The notes under the pieces: model-generated | Told to the model about the DNA's origin: nothing | Seen by the model: only the letters and a program-made list of their open reading frames with translations | The model's database searches: none | Program-made: the position numbers and the translations under genes | DNA from: Lingula anatina | Lineage: Eukaryota; Animalia; Brachiopoda | Assembly: GCA_051362555.1 (NCBI GenBank) | Contig: CM120646.1 | Coordinates: 14,508,001 to 14,572,000, forward strand | DNA length: 64,000 nt | Direction: 5' to 3' | In this document: positions 13,470 to 27,036 of the stretch, one piece after another | Layout: the number at the start of each line of letters is the position of its first letter | Position numbering within the stretch: the stretch's first letter is position 1

Positions 13470-15325
13470 TTAATAAAATCGTTGATCTTGTTATTGTCTT
13501 TATCACAACGCGCAATGTAAAATCGGAAATAACGTACACGAAGTGAGCGCTTCATCCTCTAATGTATGTGTACCGTGTCTGAGTTTATATTAAAATATTT
13601 TATGTTTGTTTGAGTGTACCGAATTAGAACATAAGTAAATGCGTGATAAGTACGGAGAAAAAGAATGTAAATACTTCTGAATTGGTATGAAAAGCCAGAC
13701 GTTGAATTAACGCTAGAAAGCTCCTACTCGTCATCGCTATCACTGAAAATGTGAGTTGCTTTGTCTGTTACTTTTTTTTTCTAGTTAGAATAATAAATAA
13801 CAGCCAGTTTTCTGACAGTTCCACCATCCAAAACAAATGTCAAAATAACATCAGTTAATTTATGTCTTTCGCTGGAAACTCCCATTGGCACCTGTGACAT
13901 TTCTTTTACAGGGTTAGATAGAGAAGGGCCAACGCTCTTCAAAGACCCGTCTTTGCACCGGGAAAGTGGCAGTATTACTTCATGGTGTTTTTTTTTTTTT
14001 TTTTTTTTAATATAATCGCTTGTCGCTAGCAACATAAGAAGGGCAAAAGACAACACGGTTAGGAACCATCACAATTTTGGTGGCAACTAATTTTAAAGTC
14101 CTGTCCTACCTCTCTAGCGTTGACAGAGTCCCTGTCCACTGTCCGGGTCCTTAAATGACCAGCGGTGCCATGAATCGATATACCTCTATCTCGACTGTAT
14201 TACAGCGCATTCATTTACATCGGTGTTACTTAACATTTTCGATATGTTGCGCTCATCATATCAAAAATGACACCCAACTAATCCCCGACCTATGTATCAT
14301 GTTCAAAGGACGCTCGAATCTCTATAAACTGATACTATATTAGTGATAGTTGTGTCGTCCCTTGTTAACTTACCCCTCTGTATCCCAGCCTGTAAATTAT
14401 GTGGCCTCTTGCTCAACCAGGAAGTAGAATTAGCAGAAATTGATAAGCTGGGGTTTTCACATACCGTACGTGTGAGGTTGTGATAATAAATACTAGTAAC
14501 ATTGGGGTTTTTCTTGAATTGAACGATTTTAAAATATGGTTAAATAGTCAAACCACAAAAATGTTTTGATGTTTTGTTTTAAAATGTTAAAACAGATTAA
14601 CAGTGCAGGTCGCGTCAAAAATTTTAATTTACCTTAAGTGGACCCCATCGGTGTATAGGCCTTTTGTTGAATATTGCAGACTAGAAGTAAGCTGCAATCA
14701 TAACTGCGTGGTTATAGTGGAACAAACTTCCTTTGTTACCTTAACATGGAAGGCTAAATGCAAGACAGCTTTGGTCTAATCTAAAGTGAAGCCATTTATG
14801 TTGGATTGATTCGAACATGTGCTGCAAGTAGACTCAAAATCATTTTAAAGTGAGCACATCTCACGCACAATATTATAATTTTATGATCAAATTCATCGTT
14901 AGTGAAATAATTGAAGAAAATAAATTTCTTAGCAACGATACGCTTACTACTAGACGTCGATCCAAGGCAAGCTTATCCGACACTTTTCCTTTCACTTTGA
15001 TGAAAAGACAAATGTAATCCTTCTAAAAATAATCTAGAAAGAATCAGCAATATGTATTTTTTGTCCATTAATTTTTTTTTTTTTTTTTTTTTTGTACTCA
15101 TGAAGCATAACATTCGCTGTCCGCAGGGACACGTGGTGCTTCCTAAGCTATTGAGGTACCACATTTAAAAAGTACACTGAGCGATCTTTTCATGAATGTG
15201 ATCTATGCATTCAACTACCCTCTGGTGTCAGGGCTCCACTTAAATACTATACAAACTGTGGGGTTTTCAACATTTTTGTAACAGACTACTAGCGCACCCT
15301 GGCGCACCACAGTTATCCTCGCGTA

Positions 15326-15576
15326 GTAAGGGGAGACCGGGGCTAGTTGGACCCCGGGGTAAGTTGGCCCCCCATCAAGTCTCTTTAATAAAGTTACTTT
15401 AGATGCTAAATTATTTCATTTGGACTCACTGCCGACGCTTTCTTAGCACTATTGGATACGGTCACTTTACAAAATGATGTGATCAATTCGAATTCTTTTA
15501 CCCCATAGTTACTTTGTCATAAATTGATGGGGGGTCCAACTTACCCCGGGGTCCAACTAGCCCCGGTCTTCCCTAC
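15326..15576. mobile_element. MITE with ~52-bp terminal inverted repeats
   Basis: GTAAGGGGAGACCGGGGCTAGTTGGACCCCGGGGTAAGTTGGCCCCCCATCAA (from 15326) matches the reverse complement of 15524-15576 with few mismatches. AT-rich non-coding core. Confidence 0.85.
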
Positions 15577-17482
15577 TTACATTAACGTAATTAATCATGC
15601 AAGCGTTTATCCTATCCACCCTCCTAAGGAAAATCCTGTATCCGCATACCGGTATGCGTTCAGCGAAGAAAAAATCCAGTTTCCTCCAATCCTACAGGAA
15701 CCTACTTCAACAGTTGAAGAACTGCAATGTGTGTCCGCTTAAAACTCAAGTCCTGAAAAAGATCGTGGTACATGTATTTGCCTAAAACTTTATCCTACCT
15801 GTTAAAAAAACTAGCATATGAGCATTAACCGGATCCTAACCTTTGAACTCTTCCTGTCCAGGGAAAAAAGTGCTTCTCTGGCCTCTGAATTTTTCGATGT
15901 CTTGTAGTTCGGTTTCCCAGACGAATGAATCAGCATGCTTCATGATACAAGAAAATTTAAGATATAAAGAAAAAAGTGGACACTGAATTAAACCTCATAT
16001 AAAATTAATAATTTCAAAATAATGCATGGTGTCTGTTCATTTTAAAGTAGGTACATGCACTGCACCTGAATGTGCAATGGTCGCCTTGGTTAAGACTTAC
16101 ACAACCGTTTGGATTCGTGTCGAGAAATTCACCGGTTTCACAGAAAAGTAAACTAAAAAAACATATCAGCAACTTTTTATGCTTTACTGCTAATGCAGAT
16201 ATTTTACCCATAAATATCACACGCCTTATACAATGTAGTGCTACATGTACCAGGTTGATATGCGAGTTTACCTTTAGAGACCTATATATACAGGTATGTA
16301 TTTACCTTTAACAATACACGCAGCTCAAAGCGTGCGAGTGTCCCAATATGCTGTCGCTATGTTCATCTACATGTACGGTACTTTTGCCACTGTGTGTGAT
16401 ACATGTAACTACCAACAATACAGATTTAAATCCTTTTGACGCTTACAATTATAACAATACTTGTAAAGTAGGCCTACAAAGGGCTCCAGTTCAGCAGAGG
16501 CCACGTCAGGAAATTTTTACAGCGTGATATCTGTATATTTTGATCACTACTATATGAATCGGTATTTCCAATCTAAAAATAGAACAAAGCAGGTGACTGC
16601 TGTCACACGAGAAGTGTGCTTTATCACGTCAGCCATTGAGCCTTGCCCTGCGTAAGAGGTCTCTTTGGCATAGTTATATTTGGCAATGGTGATCATGAAA
16701 CGAACTTGAATACCTCGATTCTCGGGGTGTTGAATCCATCTAAGTGCGCGTTATATGTATACAGGTATATTAGGTAGGTTGTCTTTCCGACAAGCGGTTC
16801 TTGAATACATAAATTTAAAATTATCCTTTAAGTTTTTATGTTATAACTTTAAGCTAGCATTTATACTTTTGGAGATATATACTGAGAGTAGTACATGTAG
16901 GTGAGGTATTTGAAAAAGAAATATAGGATTTAAATTTAAGACAAGAATAGGGGTTTCAGTAAAAAAAAGTTCTAGTAGAAAAATTGGTTCAAGCTAGACA
17001 AATTCTTGGAAGTAGCTCAGTTACTTAACCCGTTACTTACAGAAAGATAAAGATAACCATTACAATCTATTACAGTCAAAATCTCTATTATCTGTAAAAC
17101 CACCAGGAGCTACGAAAGATTATTACCCCCGTAGCTTCTGGAGGGGGCGGGACAGATTATATTGAGAGCACTTTTAAGCGAGAATCCATCCGGATAACTT
17201 TTAATCTGAACACAGCCTCAGTATTCCTTTTATTTTTATGCCTGTTTATTATCAATGACTCACTTAGCTATTTGATATCAGTATTGCACTTATGTCATAT
17301 TCAATTAACATTACTTTCAACTATCTAATAACAACCTTATTTTCACTTTCTATGAATGGTTTTGTCAATTACGTGTTTCCGCTTTAAAAAACTTCCTTTC
17401 GTATGTATATTTTATTAACATGATGTAACGTAAATTCGCTTGCAAACGTCCATTTTTCATAAACTTTTACAACAACAACAAC

Positions 17483-17527
<45 letters not shown>
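17483..17527. repeat. (AAT)n microsatellite; similar tracts at ~23049-23098, 29866-29912, 46187-46241, 58218-58248 and (CTA)n ~60765-60842
   Basis: Trinucleotide runs are directly visible. Confidence 0.95.
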
Positions 17528-17530
<3 letters not shown>

Positions 17531-18042
17531 TACAATGCATAGGATGTGTCTTTGATATGCTTTTGAATGATAATTTTAAAGAATCACCGAAAAAAGTCAT
17601 TCAAGTCTTACTTTCTTCATATTTCGTCTTTATACCCGTGTGTGCCTATGTCTGTTTAATTATCTCACTTTTCACTTTATTTTTTTTATATTTTCGCGTT
17701 TTGCTGTAAAGTTAATCAAGAAGAACGCTATCTGTATCAAAGTAGAGCACCTTGTACTGTAATGTGTGCGCGCCTTTAAAGAAAATCAAGCCTTTCTGTT
17801 CAAAAATCAACTGACTGACTCTAGAGTTTTCCTCTTCTAAAAACAAAAAAAAAATCATGTCTTTGGTTTTCTTCAGAGTATGCGCAAAAAGCACCATAAT
17901 AGGAATGCACAAACTACGGACCGAAAACGAGGGTATTTTGAAAAGAAAAACGTCAAAGACCATCACGTCGGATCATGACTTCGATCAAAATGAAAATTTT
18001 CATCCCAATCACGAATTTTGGCACTACCGGCGAAGAGAGCGT

Positions 18043-21000
18043 TTACAGCTTGGCCTTTAATTCATCCATGGCATGGTGTTTTAGCTCCCTGCGGAGAATT
18101 TTGCCGCTCTGTGACTTTGGAATACGATCTATGAACACGACACCTCCACGAAGCTTTTTATATGGTGCTACCCTTTCTGTAATATGAAAAATCAAACTAT
18201 TATTTAGATTTATACACATTACATGTAAAGGCTGTAAAGATGATTTTTTATGGTGACTATCCCTTGATTAATACAATTCCAGTACCGGTATATGTTCTTA
18301 TTCAAATCAACCTGTAATTTCATAAATCAGCAAAATCATAAATTTATATATTAACTTATTCAGATCTTCACAAATAACCGCACTGAACAATAAAATATCC
18401 CTCTTCACTTTGTTACAAAAAAAGACTCTCACTATGTCCACGAGCGAGAGATAAGCGAAAAAGACTCACCGCTAACAAATTTCTCTATGTCGTCTACGGT
18501 GACGCTCGACCCAGGCACGGGCACTACGTAGGCCCTAGGGATCTCCCCTGCTGCCTGATCTGGCAACCCAATGACCGCGGTATCGGTCACAGCTGGGTGA
18601 GAGAGCAACACGTTCTCCAGTTCGGCTGGAGGAACCTGAAAGAAAGAAAGAAAAAAAGAAAGAAAGATAAAAAAGCAATACAAGCACACAGGAAATTTTG
18701 AACTTGTCAAATGTCCTTGCTGCGTTAGTTATACTAGAATACACAAAGACTACGACTGATAGATTACGTTGGGTGTCCTATATTCACTCGCCCAGAAAGC
18801 TCGGAAACATCGTTATTTTTAATAATTATAAAATAAATGTATAAGCTAAGGTAAATATTTTTAACTTTTTGGTCCAGTTTAGATTACCGGGACCATTGGC
18901 TCGACTACGAATAAAACAAACACGATATTCTCTTTTACAATAGGAGGCTGTTTGTCCATGTCAAAACAACACCCTTCACTACCACCCTTTTCGTGCAGCG
19001 TCAAGGCAGCCTCAGCATGCTTTGTGTACTCTGTACTTATGGCTGCGGCATCGGTCACTTTATCACTTAAACCAACGCAGGTAGACTTAGCTTGGAAACG
19101 TTACTACACAACAGAAAGGTAAGTACGTTTGTTACAATACCTGAAAACCCTTATACTTGATGAGTTCTTTCACCCTATCCACGAGCCAGAAATGTTGATC
19201 CTCGTCGTATCTGCCGACGTCACCTACAGAATAATTGGTACTGTGTGGTTAGTGAGAGGACAGAACGTATGTGGGACAAATGTAAAAGTCAATAAGAATG
19301 TTTTTTTAAATTTTACATGTGTTACACAAATGGAAATTCCAAATACTATGATAGATTCTTCGATCGGCATGCAGCTACATGTAAAACTTTTATAAAATCT
19401 CGTGTTCAGACTAAAGAGGGGGGAGCTACCGGTACATCAACTCCTTGCATCAAATGAATACGGTGTTTTGACAGACAGCGAGGTAGAATTAACTCTGATC
19501 GTAGTTTCCGAATGTGAATTGCAAAAACTCTATCATAGAGACTGGCGTAAATTAGTATCCGAAAATAATCGAATTTAATCATCACTGTTAATGAGTAAAA
19601 ATTAATTTCATTTTCATTTTATTATAATATAATGCATGTATATATGCATGTATATAATGTATCAGAATACGGCAGGATACGACACAAAATTAGATAACCA
19701 AAGGAAACTCTGAAATTAATTGTAATTTCAATTCTGAATTTACATGTACCTGAATTATTTAATCGTGTAACAATGTTGAAAGATGACAATTAGATCTGCT
19801 GTAGCATGTTTGAATTTTTAAAATAATTTTTTTCGTACATTTTTTCATATGTCTTCGTTATGTGAGTCTGCTGTAGCATGTTTGAATTTCATAGTAATTT
19901 TTTTAATATATTTCATTTTCATTTACGCACAGAGGGGCTGCTTACCGGTATGTAACCAGCCTTCATTGTCGATTGTGTTCTTGGTAGCTTCCGGGTTGTT
20001 CAGGTAACCCTTCATAATCTGTGGTCCACGAATACAGAGTTCACCTTCCTGGTTCACGCCCAGGGGCTGCCCCGTTTTCAGGTCGATTATCTGAAAATTG
20101 GTATGGCCGAAGTTGATATTCATTGAAATGTTGATATAGGATGTAATTTGTACCTGTAGAATTCGTCATTTATTTACATTTCTTCGTCATATCAGTCTTT
20201 ATTTCTCATTTTCAATTGTAGTCTTTGTATTGTAGTAATTGTATTGTTGGAGTAAAGTCATTGTAAAGAATGCATTTGTACCGACATAAATAAATGATTA
20301 ATAAAATAGAACATAGTTTCTACAGGGGGCTTTATGACTAAAGTACGATCTTCAAAAACCTACTTGAGCATGTTTCGTCCTATAGGGTTGTGATAAATAA
20401 GATGAAAGGTGATGCGGTTAATGTGTGCGTAAAAACATACTCTCTATGTCAGAACATGTAAAATGAGTGATTATTTGGCTGCTTGAGAGAGAGAGAGACC
20501 TATGCCATTTAAGGCATTAGGGTGAGAAAATGATCTGGGATAGGGGGTGGGGGTGAAGTGGGTGGGGTGGGCAAAGGGGGGGGTATGATGGTGGCTGTGT
20601 TGAAGGCCTACAGCATACATACAGATATATTAATTATACCGCCTCTGGCCCTAACCTAATTTAAGAGAATTCGAGCGGACTGGGAGGAGGGAAAAGGCTA
20701 ACAGTTTAAAAGGATGCGTGTAATTTTTTTTCAAAAATCCAGGAGAGGGGGGGGCAATGTCCCTCCCCATCCTTGACACCCTACGACCCTGTGGCTTACT
20801 TTTGCCTCTGTGTTAGGTAGGAGTGTGCCGACAGAACCCACTTTCCACTCCAAGCCTGCCACAAGTGCTGCAACACTGCACTCCGTCAAGCCATAACCTT
20901 TAGTATACACGAAACAATCCACATTAGTTATGCGTGATTACAGACTTTTGCTAAAAATATGAAATATTTCAATAACTAAAGATATAATAATTTTTCTCAA

Positions 21001-21842
21001 TTTTTCTCTGAGCAAATTTTTGAATTAAAAAAAACACTGATGTTCTTGGCTTTTGAAAAAAGGTTAAGTTTCGAAAGTGGAATAAAATATTTTCTCAACT
21101 TTGTCCTTAATGAAAAAAACATCATTGATTTTTTATTGAGATGCTCCATTCTTTTTAGCAAGAAGGTATTAAAATCTAATTGTTACCAGTGGTATAATAG
21201 CATAAGTAGTATAGAAACATCACATGACCTAAGATGCAGCTGAAATAGCTCTAATGTGTATATTTCTATGATCACCTTGTCTTAGTAGTAAATTTGGAAT
21301 CTTTTCTTGGACTTTCTCCGCCAAATTCGCGCTGAGGGCGGCTGCACCACTGCTTCCGGCCATGACGCTGGAGAGGTCGTATTTATCCGTCAGGGGATGG
21401 TTCGCCAGGAACAACACCAAGGGCGGCACGAGGGGTAGGAATGTGACCTAACAAAAAAGTTAATCCTTTGATCCCATGCAGTGACTTAGTTTTTTTGTTT
21501 GTATTATAAAATCTTCTGAAACAGGTCAAAGACATTATATGTTCAATTATAATTTCAAGCACAATTCACACGCAACTCTTAATCTATGGATTCTTATTTT
21601 GAATTTAAAATATTGATATTTGTTAACAATAAAGTAAACGAGACTGAGTCATTCAAGTTTATATATTGTCATCCAAAGGCCGTCGCTACTTTACAAACAG
21701 AAATCTACATAAAATGCAATTCATCGGCGGGGAGGAGTTGGGGGAAGGGGGGGGGCTGAGGATTCGAAAGATCCTCCCTTTTGGATGGAAAAGGTCTGCC
21801 CTAAATCAAATTATAAATGCAATGGGTTCTATACGAGTACAA

Positions 21843-21885
<43 letters not shown>

Positions 21886-23048
21886 GTGCATATATTTCTA
21901 TTGTACGCTTTGAGTTTTGAAAAAATAAAAAAAATTGACCTAAGTTCCAGGTTCTGCTCCATTTTTCGGGTTTGATCAACTAAGGAGGTAAAAAATAGTA
22001 CACCTTTACAAAAAAGGAACCGTCCCTAAGATGACTAACTACAGGTCTGCGCTGCATATCTACAGTGTACCTGGTATTCCTGAATGCAACTGAGGTATAA
22101 TTCGGGCTCGAAGCGAGGCAAGATGACCATGCACTGCCCAGTGTATAACCACATACACACGGAGTGGAGACCATATGTGTGGAATTGAGGCAATACGGAC
22201 ATCGATCTGTCTGATCCCGGGGGGCGGACTATGGCATTGCCTTGCATTCTGAAACGGGAATGTTTTTTTCTCTTTCAGTTAAAAAAATAAGCTGATGAAC
22301 TGTCTTATAAGACAGACTATATATGTAGTAATAAATCAATTGAATGTATTAATAAAACATGTGTTCATATATTAGCAAATAGTGTGCAAGTGTTTTAAAG
22401 TTTAATATAATCAAAGGTTTATTTCGACAGATTATCATTAGAAGATGAACCATAAAAGATGCCATGCAAAGCCGTTCATGACTACTCCACATTTCCTCAA
22501 AAGTGCACGTAGCAGGCTTGTTCCAAGAGCGCCATTGATCAATTCAAATTGAAGTCTGGCATTCAGAAGGAAGAAATTAACACTAAAACAGTACTGCTGT
22601 ACGCAATATTAAGATTTCAGCCACGACCTCCGTTAAAAACGATGAGCTCTAGTAGTACTTACTGTAAAATATTAGCCACGACGCTGTAATGTGTCAACAT
22701 CACTCCTTTGGGTAGCCCTGTAGTGCCGCTAGAGTACAGTATGGCACACACGTCTTCCATGGGATTGAAGGTTAGGTTGGTGGGGTACGCGTCCCCAGGG
22801 TCGTTCATCAACTCTGAGAACGAGCGACAGTTTGGCGCCTCCCCGAGAACAAAGATTTCCTGAAAAAAAAGATAAAGAGACAGGTGATAAAAATACAAGT
22901 TTCTCCTTGATAAAAACACGCTGTACCCAGGTTTTATTAGTGACTAGAATTCCTTTAAACTATCCCAGTTCTTGTAAGATAATAGTAACTCGATTCCATG
23001 TGGCTAATATCCTCCCTCCATTCATCCATTCGTCTTTCTCTCTCTCTC

Positions 23049-23099
<51 letters not shown>

Positions 23100-24899
23100 T
23101 TATGTTCTTACTTTAACGTTCCCGCTGTGTCCGGCGGCGACCTGTGCATTCTTCACCAGGCTGGGTATGGTGAGAATGTACTTTGCTTGGGAATTCTTTA
23201 ACTGTGTATCCAGTTCATCTGAAAAATAGAAAAAGAAACAGACTTGGCGAATTTGTAGAGTCAATACAATTAACGGGTCCTGTAAATAATAGTTTTATTA
23301 CTTCCTTAAGCCTGTATCAGATTATATTTGTCATTTGTAAGGAAATGAGTCAAATTAAAATTCGGATAGGGGGCGGTGATCGAAATAGAAAGACAAAAAA
23401 GAAGCAAAGTGGAGAATAATAGTCCATAGATGCGTGGGCTGGACTGAGGCTAGGAAACTTCCTTCTTCTCAAGTTGTCTTCAATCAACAGTTAGTATTTA
23501 AAATTGTTCCTTCCCTCCAATATTTCGATTTCATAAAGGAATGAGGCTGTCCTGGTGAATCATCTTTTTAAAATAAAGTCTATTCAAGAGAAACGGAGGA
23601 AAAGCGCTGGAAGCATTACATACTCTCCTTGAAGACCAAGAAAATATTGGCATTGGTGAATCACTGCATTATTCTTATAGCATAACACAACTGAACATTT
23701 TATGTAAAAATCTAATTAAATAATCAATACTATCACCATAAATCTTTTCTGAGCAACAATGTCAACAATTTATGTTAAAAGGCTAATTAAATTATCAATA
23801 TTATCATCATAAATGCTTACACGATGTGTACACGGGGTTGACTGTGGTAAAGCTTCCCCCTGCACTGATCACGGCCAGGTAGGTTATAATGTACTCTGGG
23901 CAGTTAGGTGTATAAATACAGAACACGTCACCCTTCCTCAGCCCTGCCCTCGCCAGACCACTGGTCACTCGCCGGACATAGTCCTTGAGCTGTCTGTGCG
24001 TGATTGTCTTTTTGGCCGCTCCGTCAATCTGAAGATGTGTATGTGAGTATGAAATAAATAAATAAATAAATAATGATGCTTAAGCGGCTCTGGTGTCAGG
24101 CACGCTTACTTAATCTGCTAGGGGTTAACTATCGTTTAGCAGTAAGCGTGCCAGGCATTTAAGCCGCTTAAGCTGAAAGCAATTGAGCGAGAAACCCCTC
24201 CGAGATGGGTCGATCCTGCTAGATCGATCTAGGTATGGGAATGGGGTCTAATAAACGTGGGCCGAGAGCGACACGTGACTGCTGCTGTGTCAACCCCCCC
24301 CCCCCCCCCCAACACACACACACACACACAGGGGCGGATCCAGAGCTATTTACTGACAGTCTTCCGAATTATCTTTATTGATTCATCCTCCAATTTTGAC
24401 CGTCTTCCAACAGAAAAAATTAGATACCCGTCAATGTTAACTTGAAAATCTGACCGTCTTCCGGAAGACCCAGAAGACGGCCTAAATCCGCCCCTGACAC
24501 ACGCGTGTATAAATTAATTTTTGCTACAATGTGTACTGTTTTCATTTGAGATGGAAACGTTAGAATCTCTGAACCTCATTAACGTGGGCCGGGAGAGGCA
24601 TATATATGTGACTGCTGCTGTGTCGACCCCCTCCCCTCCGACCCTCCCCCCCCCCTTTACCCCGCGGACCCACCACTGTACTACTGTGCATGTATGGGCT
24701 CCATCTCTGTGGTAATTAGTAGGAGAGTAAATGTCACCAACTGGTACCTGTACACCCACACATTCACCGTAATCCTATCAGTACCTGTACTTACGATTGC
24801 AGGAAGGTCTCCGTAGCTCTCTGTATGTCTGAGCACGAGTTGATGCAGAGTTACATTATCTGGGATATGAACATCGGGGAACAGACTTCGAATACTCAT
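18043..24899 (-). CDS. Peroxisomal acyl-CoA synthetase of the 4-coumarate-CoA ligase / firefly luciferase-like family (ANL superfamily); 11 coding exons
   Basis: Minus-strand exons 24899-24795, 24028-23821, 23218-23112, 22859-22663, 22248-22071, 21447-21276, 20897-20800, 20090-19946, 19223-19141, 18635-18470 and 18176-18043, phase-compatible GT-AG. Motifs: [16 protein letters not shown] (P-loop), [59 protein letters not shown]. The C-terminus AKL-stop is a PTS1. Confidence 0.93.
24078..24250. mobile_element. Truncated copy of a fold-back (palindromic) Harbinger/Tourist-like MITE family
   Basis: Internal inverted repeat GCTTAAGCGGCT..GGCACGCTTACT / AGTAAGCGTGCC..AGCCGCTTAAGC. The right end TAGATCGATCTA...GGGAATGGGGTC-TAA is shared with the copy at 25999-26189. 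Confidence 0.65.
24329..24496. mobile_element. hAT-like MITE (CAGGGGCGGAT...ATCCGCCCCTG), copy 1, inserted in a (CA)n tract of the ligase intron 1
   Basis: 11-bp TIRs. The internal sequence (TTGATTCATCCTCCA...GGAAGACCCAGAAGA) is shared with the copy at 31389-31551. Confidence 0.8.
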
Positions 24900-25732
24900 G
24901 GTCAAGAATCAACGCAGCTTTGAGAGTTAAGTGCAAGAATCAATTTTGTTGCTAAGCCTCTTGGTATTTTCACTTGCACCGTGATGCACCGAACCTTTTT
25001 GTATTCAAGACAAAAATACGACCAAGAGGCGAGTGTTTGGGTGATTAACTCACATTCGGCGCAGGTCAAAATGTAGGGCCATCAACATGTGTACCTGTAC
25101 TGTGATTGCTCTAAAAATTGGGTCAAGTAACTGCTTGGATAAAACCTGCAATGAAGTCTTTGTACCTGAGGTCCTCTTTGACGTTACGTTATCTGGCAGT
25201 GTGAGACTTTTAAGGTAGCTGCTTAGAAACCATAGCTTTATTTGACAAAAGTTGCCCTTCCCTAAGGCAACCTAGGAATCGCTGAAAAGGGGACGACTTT
25301 GAAAAGGTCCGCATACATGTGTGAGTGTGCGTGTGTGCGTGTGTGTGTGAATGTGTGTGTTTTTGTTGGGGGGGGGAGAAGTATCGTTAAGTATTTATAA
25401 GGCGTTCTGGCACACATGTACGGACTTTTCAAATGAGTTCTATAAAGGTATATTGTGACCTCAAGATGTTCTAAAATCAGTGGCGGGTTTAGGGGGAGTT
25501 CAGGGGGGTCCTGACCCTCCCTTCGATTTCTGAAAATATCACACCAATGGTCCCCTCTTGAAATTAGAATTTTGATTGGCTGAATCATAGTTCTAAACCG
25601 TTCCAAATGGCACTGTTCTCTCTCTAAAATACCCATCCCCCCCCCAAAAAAAAAAAAAAAAAAAATCGGGGCCCTTCAACGGTCCGGTAGGTTTTGCATC
25701 CGCGGACCCCATTTCCCTTCAAGTAATCCTGC

Positions 25733-26189
25733 ACCCCATTTCCATAGATTAGATCGACCTACTTTAGATCGACCTAACTCCCTGGGGGTTCACGCTAAAT
25801 AGCTGTCAGCCGGGCGGACACGAAAGTTAATTACCCCGTTACAGCTTGTAGCAGGCGGGACGGACATTTAAGTCGGATTATCTGAAAGTAATCTAGTGAG
25901 ACTCCCCGCGGGGATAGATCGATCTAAAATCTATGGGAATAGAGCCCTGGATTCGCCGCAGTACTATACAGGTAGGTAGGGGCCTACTATGCTTCTAAGG
26001 GCGTATTCCCATAGATTTTAGATTATCCTATCCCGTGGGCAGTCTCACTAGATTACTGTCAGATAATCCGGCTTAAGCGTCTGTCCCGCCTACTAGTAAG
26101 CTGTAATCTAGTGAGACAAAAAAAAAGGCTGTAATCTAGTGAGACTCCCCACAGGGATAGATCGATCTAAAATCTGTGGGAATGGGGTC
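25733..26189. mobile_element. Two adjacent fold-back Harbinger/Tourist-like MITE copies (~25733-25941 and 25999-26189)
   Basis: The second copy is bounded by TAA/TAA (25996-25998, 26190-26192) with ends GGGCGTATTCCCATAG / CTGTGGGAATGGGGTC. Its left arm (26004-26105) is a close reverse complement of the first copy's right arm (~25840-25941). Confidence 0.7.
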
Positions 26190-26775
26190 TAAGCCTAACG
26201 AGTTCTAGATTTTGACCTTTCTGTTCTAAAAACGTAACCCAAAACAAATTTTATATTTTGACCTCAAATATCAGTACCCTAGATGTGGTGGATTAGCCAG
26301 GCGTTCACCCCATAGAGATATGTTACATGCCCCCTTTTTTGCGTTACACCGTGAAATGCCCATCCCTAAATTACTATATTTATAAAATGTTTGATTAATC
26401 ATTTATTTATTTATCAATTCACTCGTTTGCTTCTTTACCCTATTCCCACCAAACTAAGAGACCTATCGGAAGATTGATCAGAAAAATGTAGACAATTTTC
26501 TGACTGGGAGTAATTTCCTAAACATAAAAAACTACGCCCATTGCCGTCATTGCCTATTAGTACGTGTCGGGTTAGTAGCTATATAGGGCCCCTACAGGTG
26601 TGACGGGTATACAGCATGGAATGGTATTACAGGCGATATTCGTCCCTTGCACTAACCCCAATACTCCTCCTAACCCTAACCTGCACTAACTTACTTATCA
26701 TATGGGAGCCCCGACTTCCATTAATCCTACAGGACTACACACCGTGCAATTCACGTACGGCGTACAAATGACCAG

Positions 26776-27017
26776 GTCACATGATTTTGCTCGCTCATTA
26801 TCCCACTTAGAAAATTTTCACGAGTCGAGCTATATAAACTTGTACCACAGCATTTTTAAAAATTGGAAATACACTTTTTAACAGTATTCGCGAAAACTAC
26901 ACCTAGGATCCAAGATATCTAGTATCCTAGCCTAAAACTCAACTAAGCCAGTCGCTGGCCCACACTTAAGCTCTTTTTTGTTTGGAACACTGAAAAAATA
27001 CAGCGATTTCACGTGAC
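26776..27017 (+). promoter_or_regulatory. CLEAR/M-box-like E-boxes upstream of MANBA
   Basis: GTCACATGA at 26776-26784 and TCACGTGAC at 27009-27017, 20 bp before the ATG. These match MiT/TFE (TFEB) sites typical of lysosomal hydrolase promoters. Confidence 0.5.
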
Positions 27018-27036
27018 AAGACGAAAGCAGGGTGAA

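Noticed and set aside
817-24899. Sulfotransferase plus luciferase-like gene as a bioluminescence cluster
   Set aside because: The sulfotransferase is a Golgi carbohydrate (Sulfotransfer_2) type, not the cytosolic SULT type used for firefly sulfoluciferin. Luciferase-like ligases are widespread in non-luminous animals, and an unrelated gene lies between the two.
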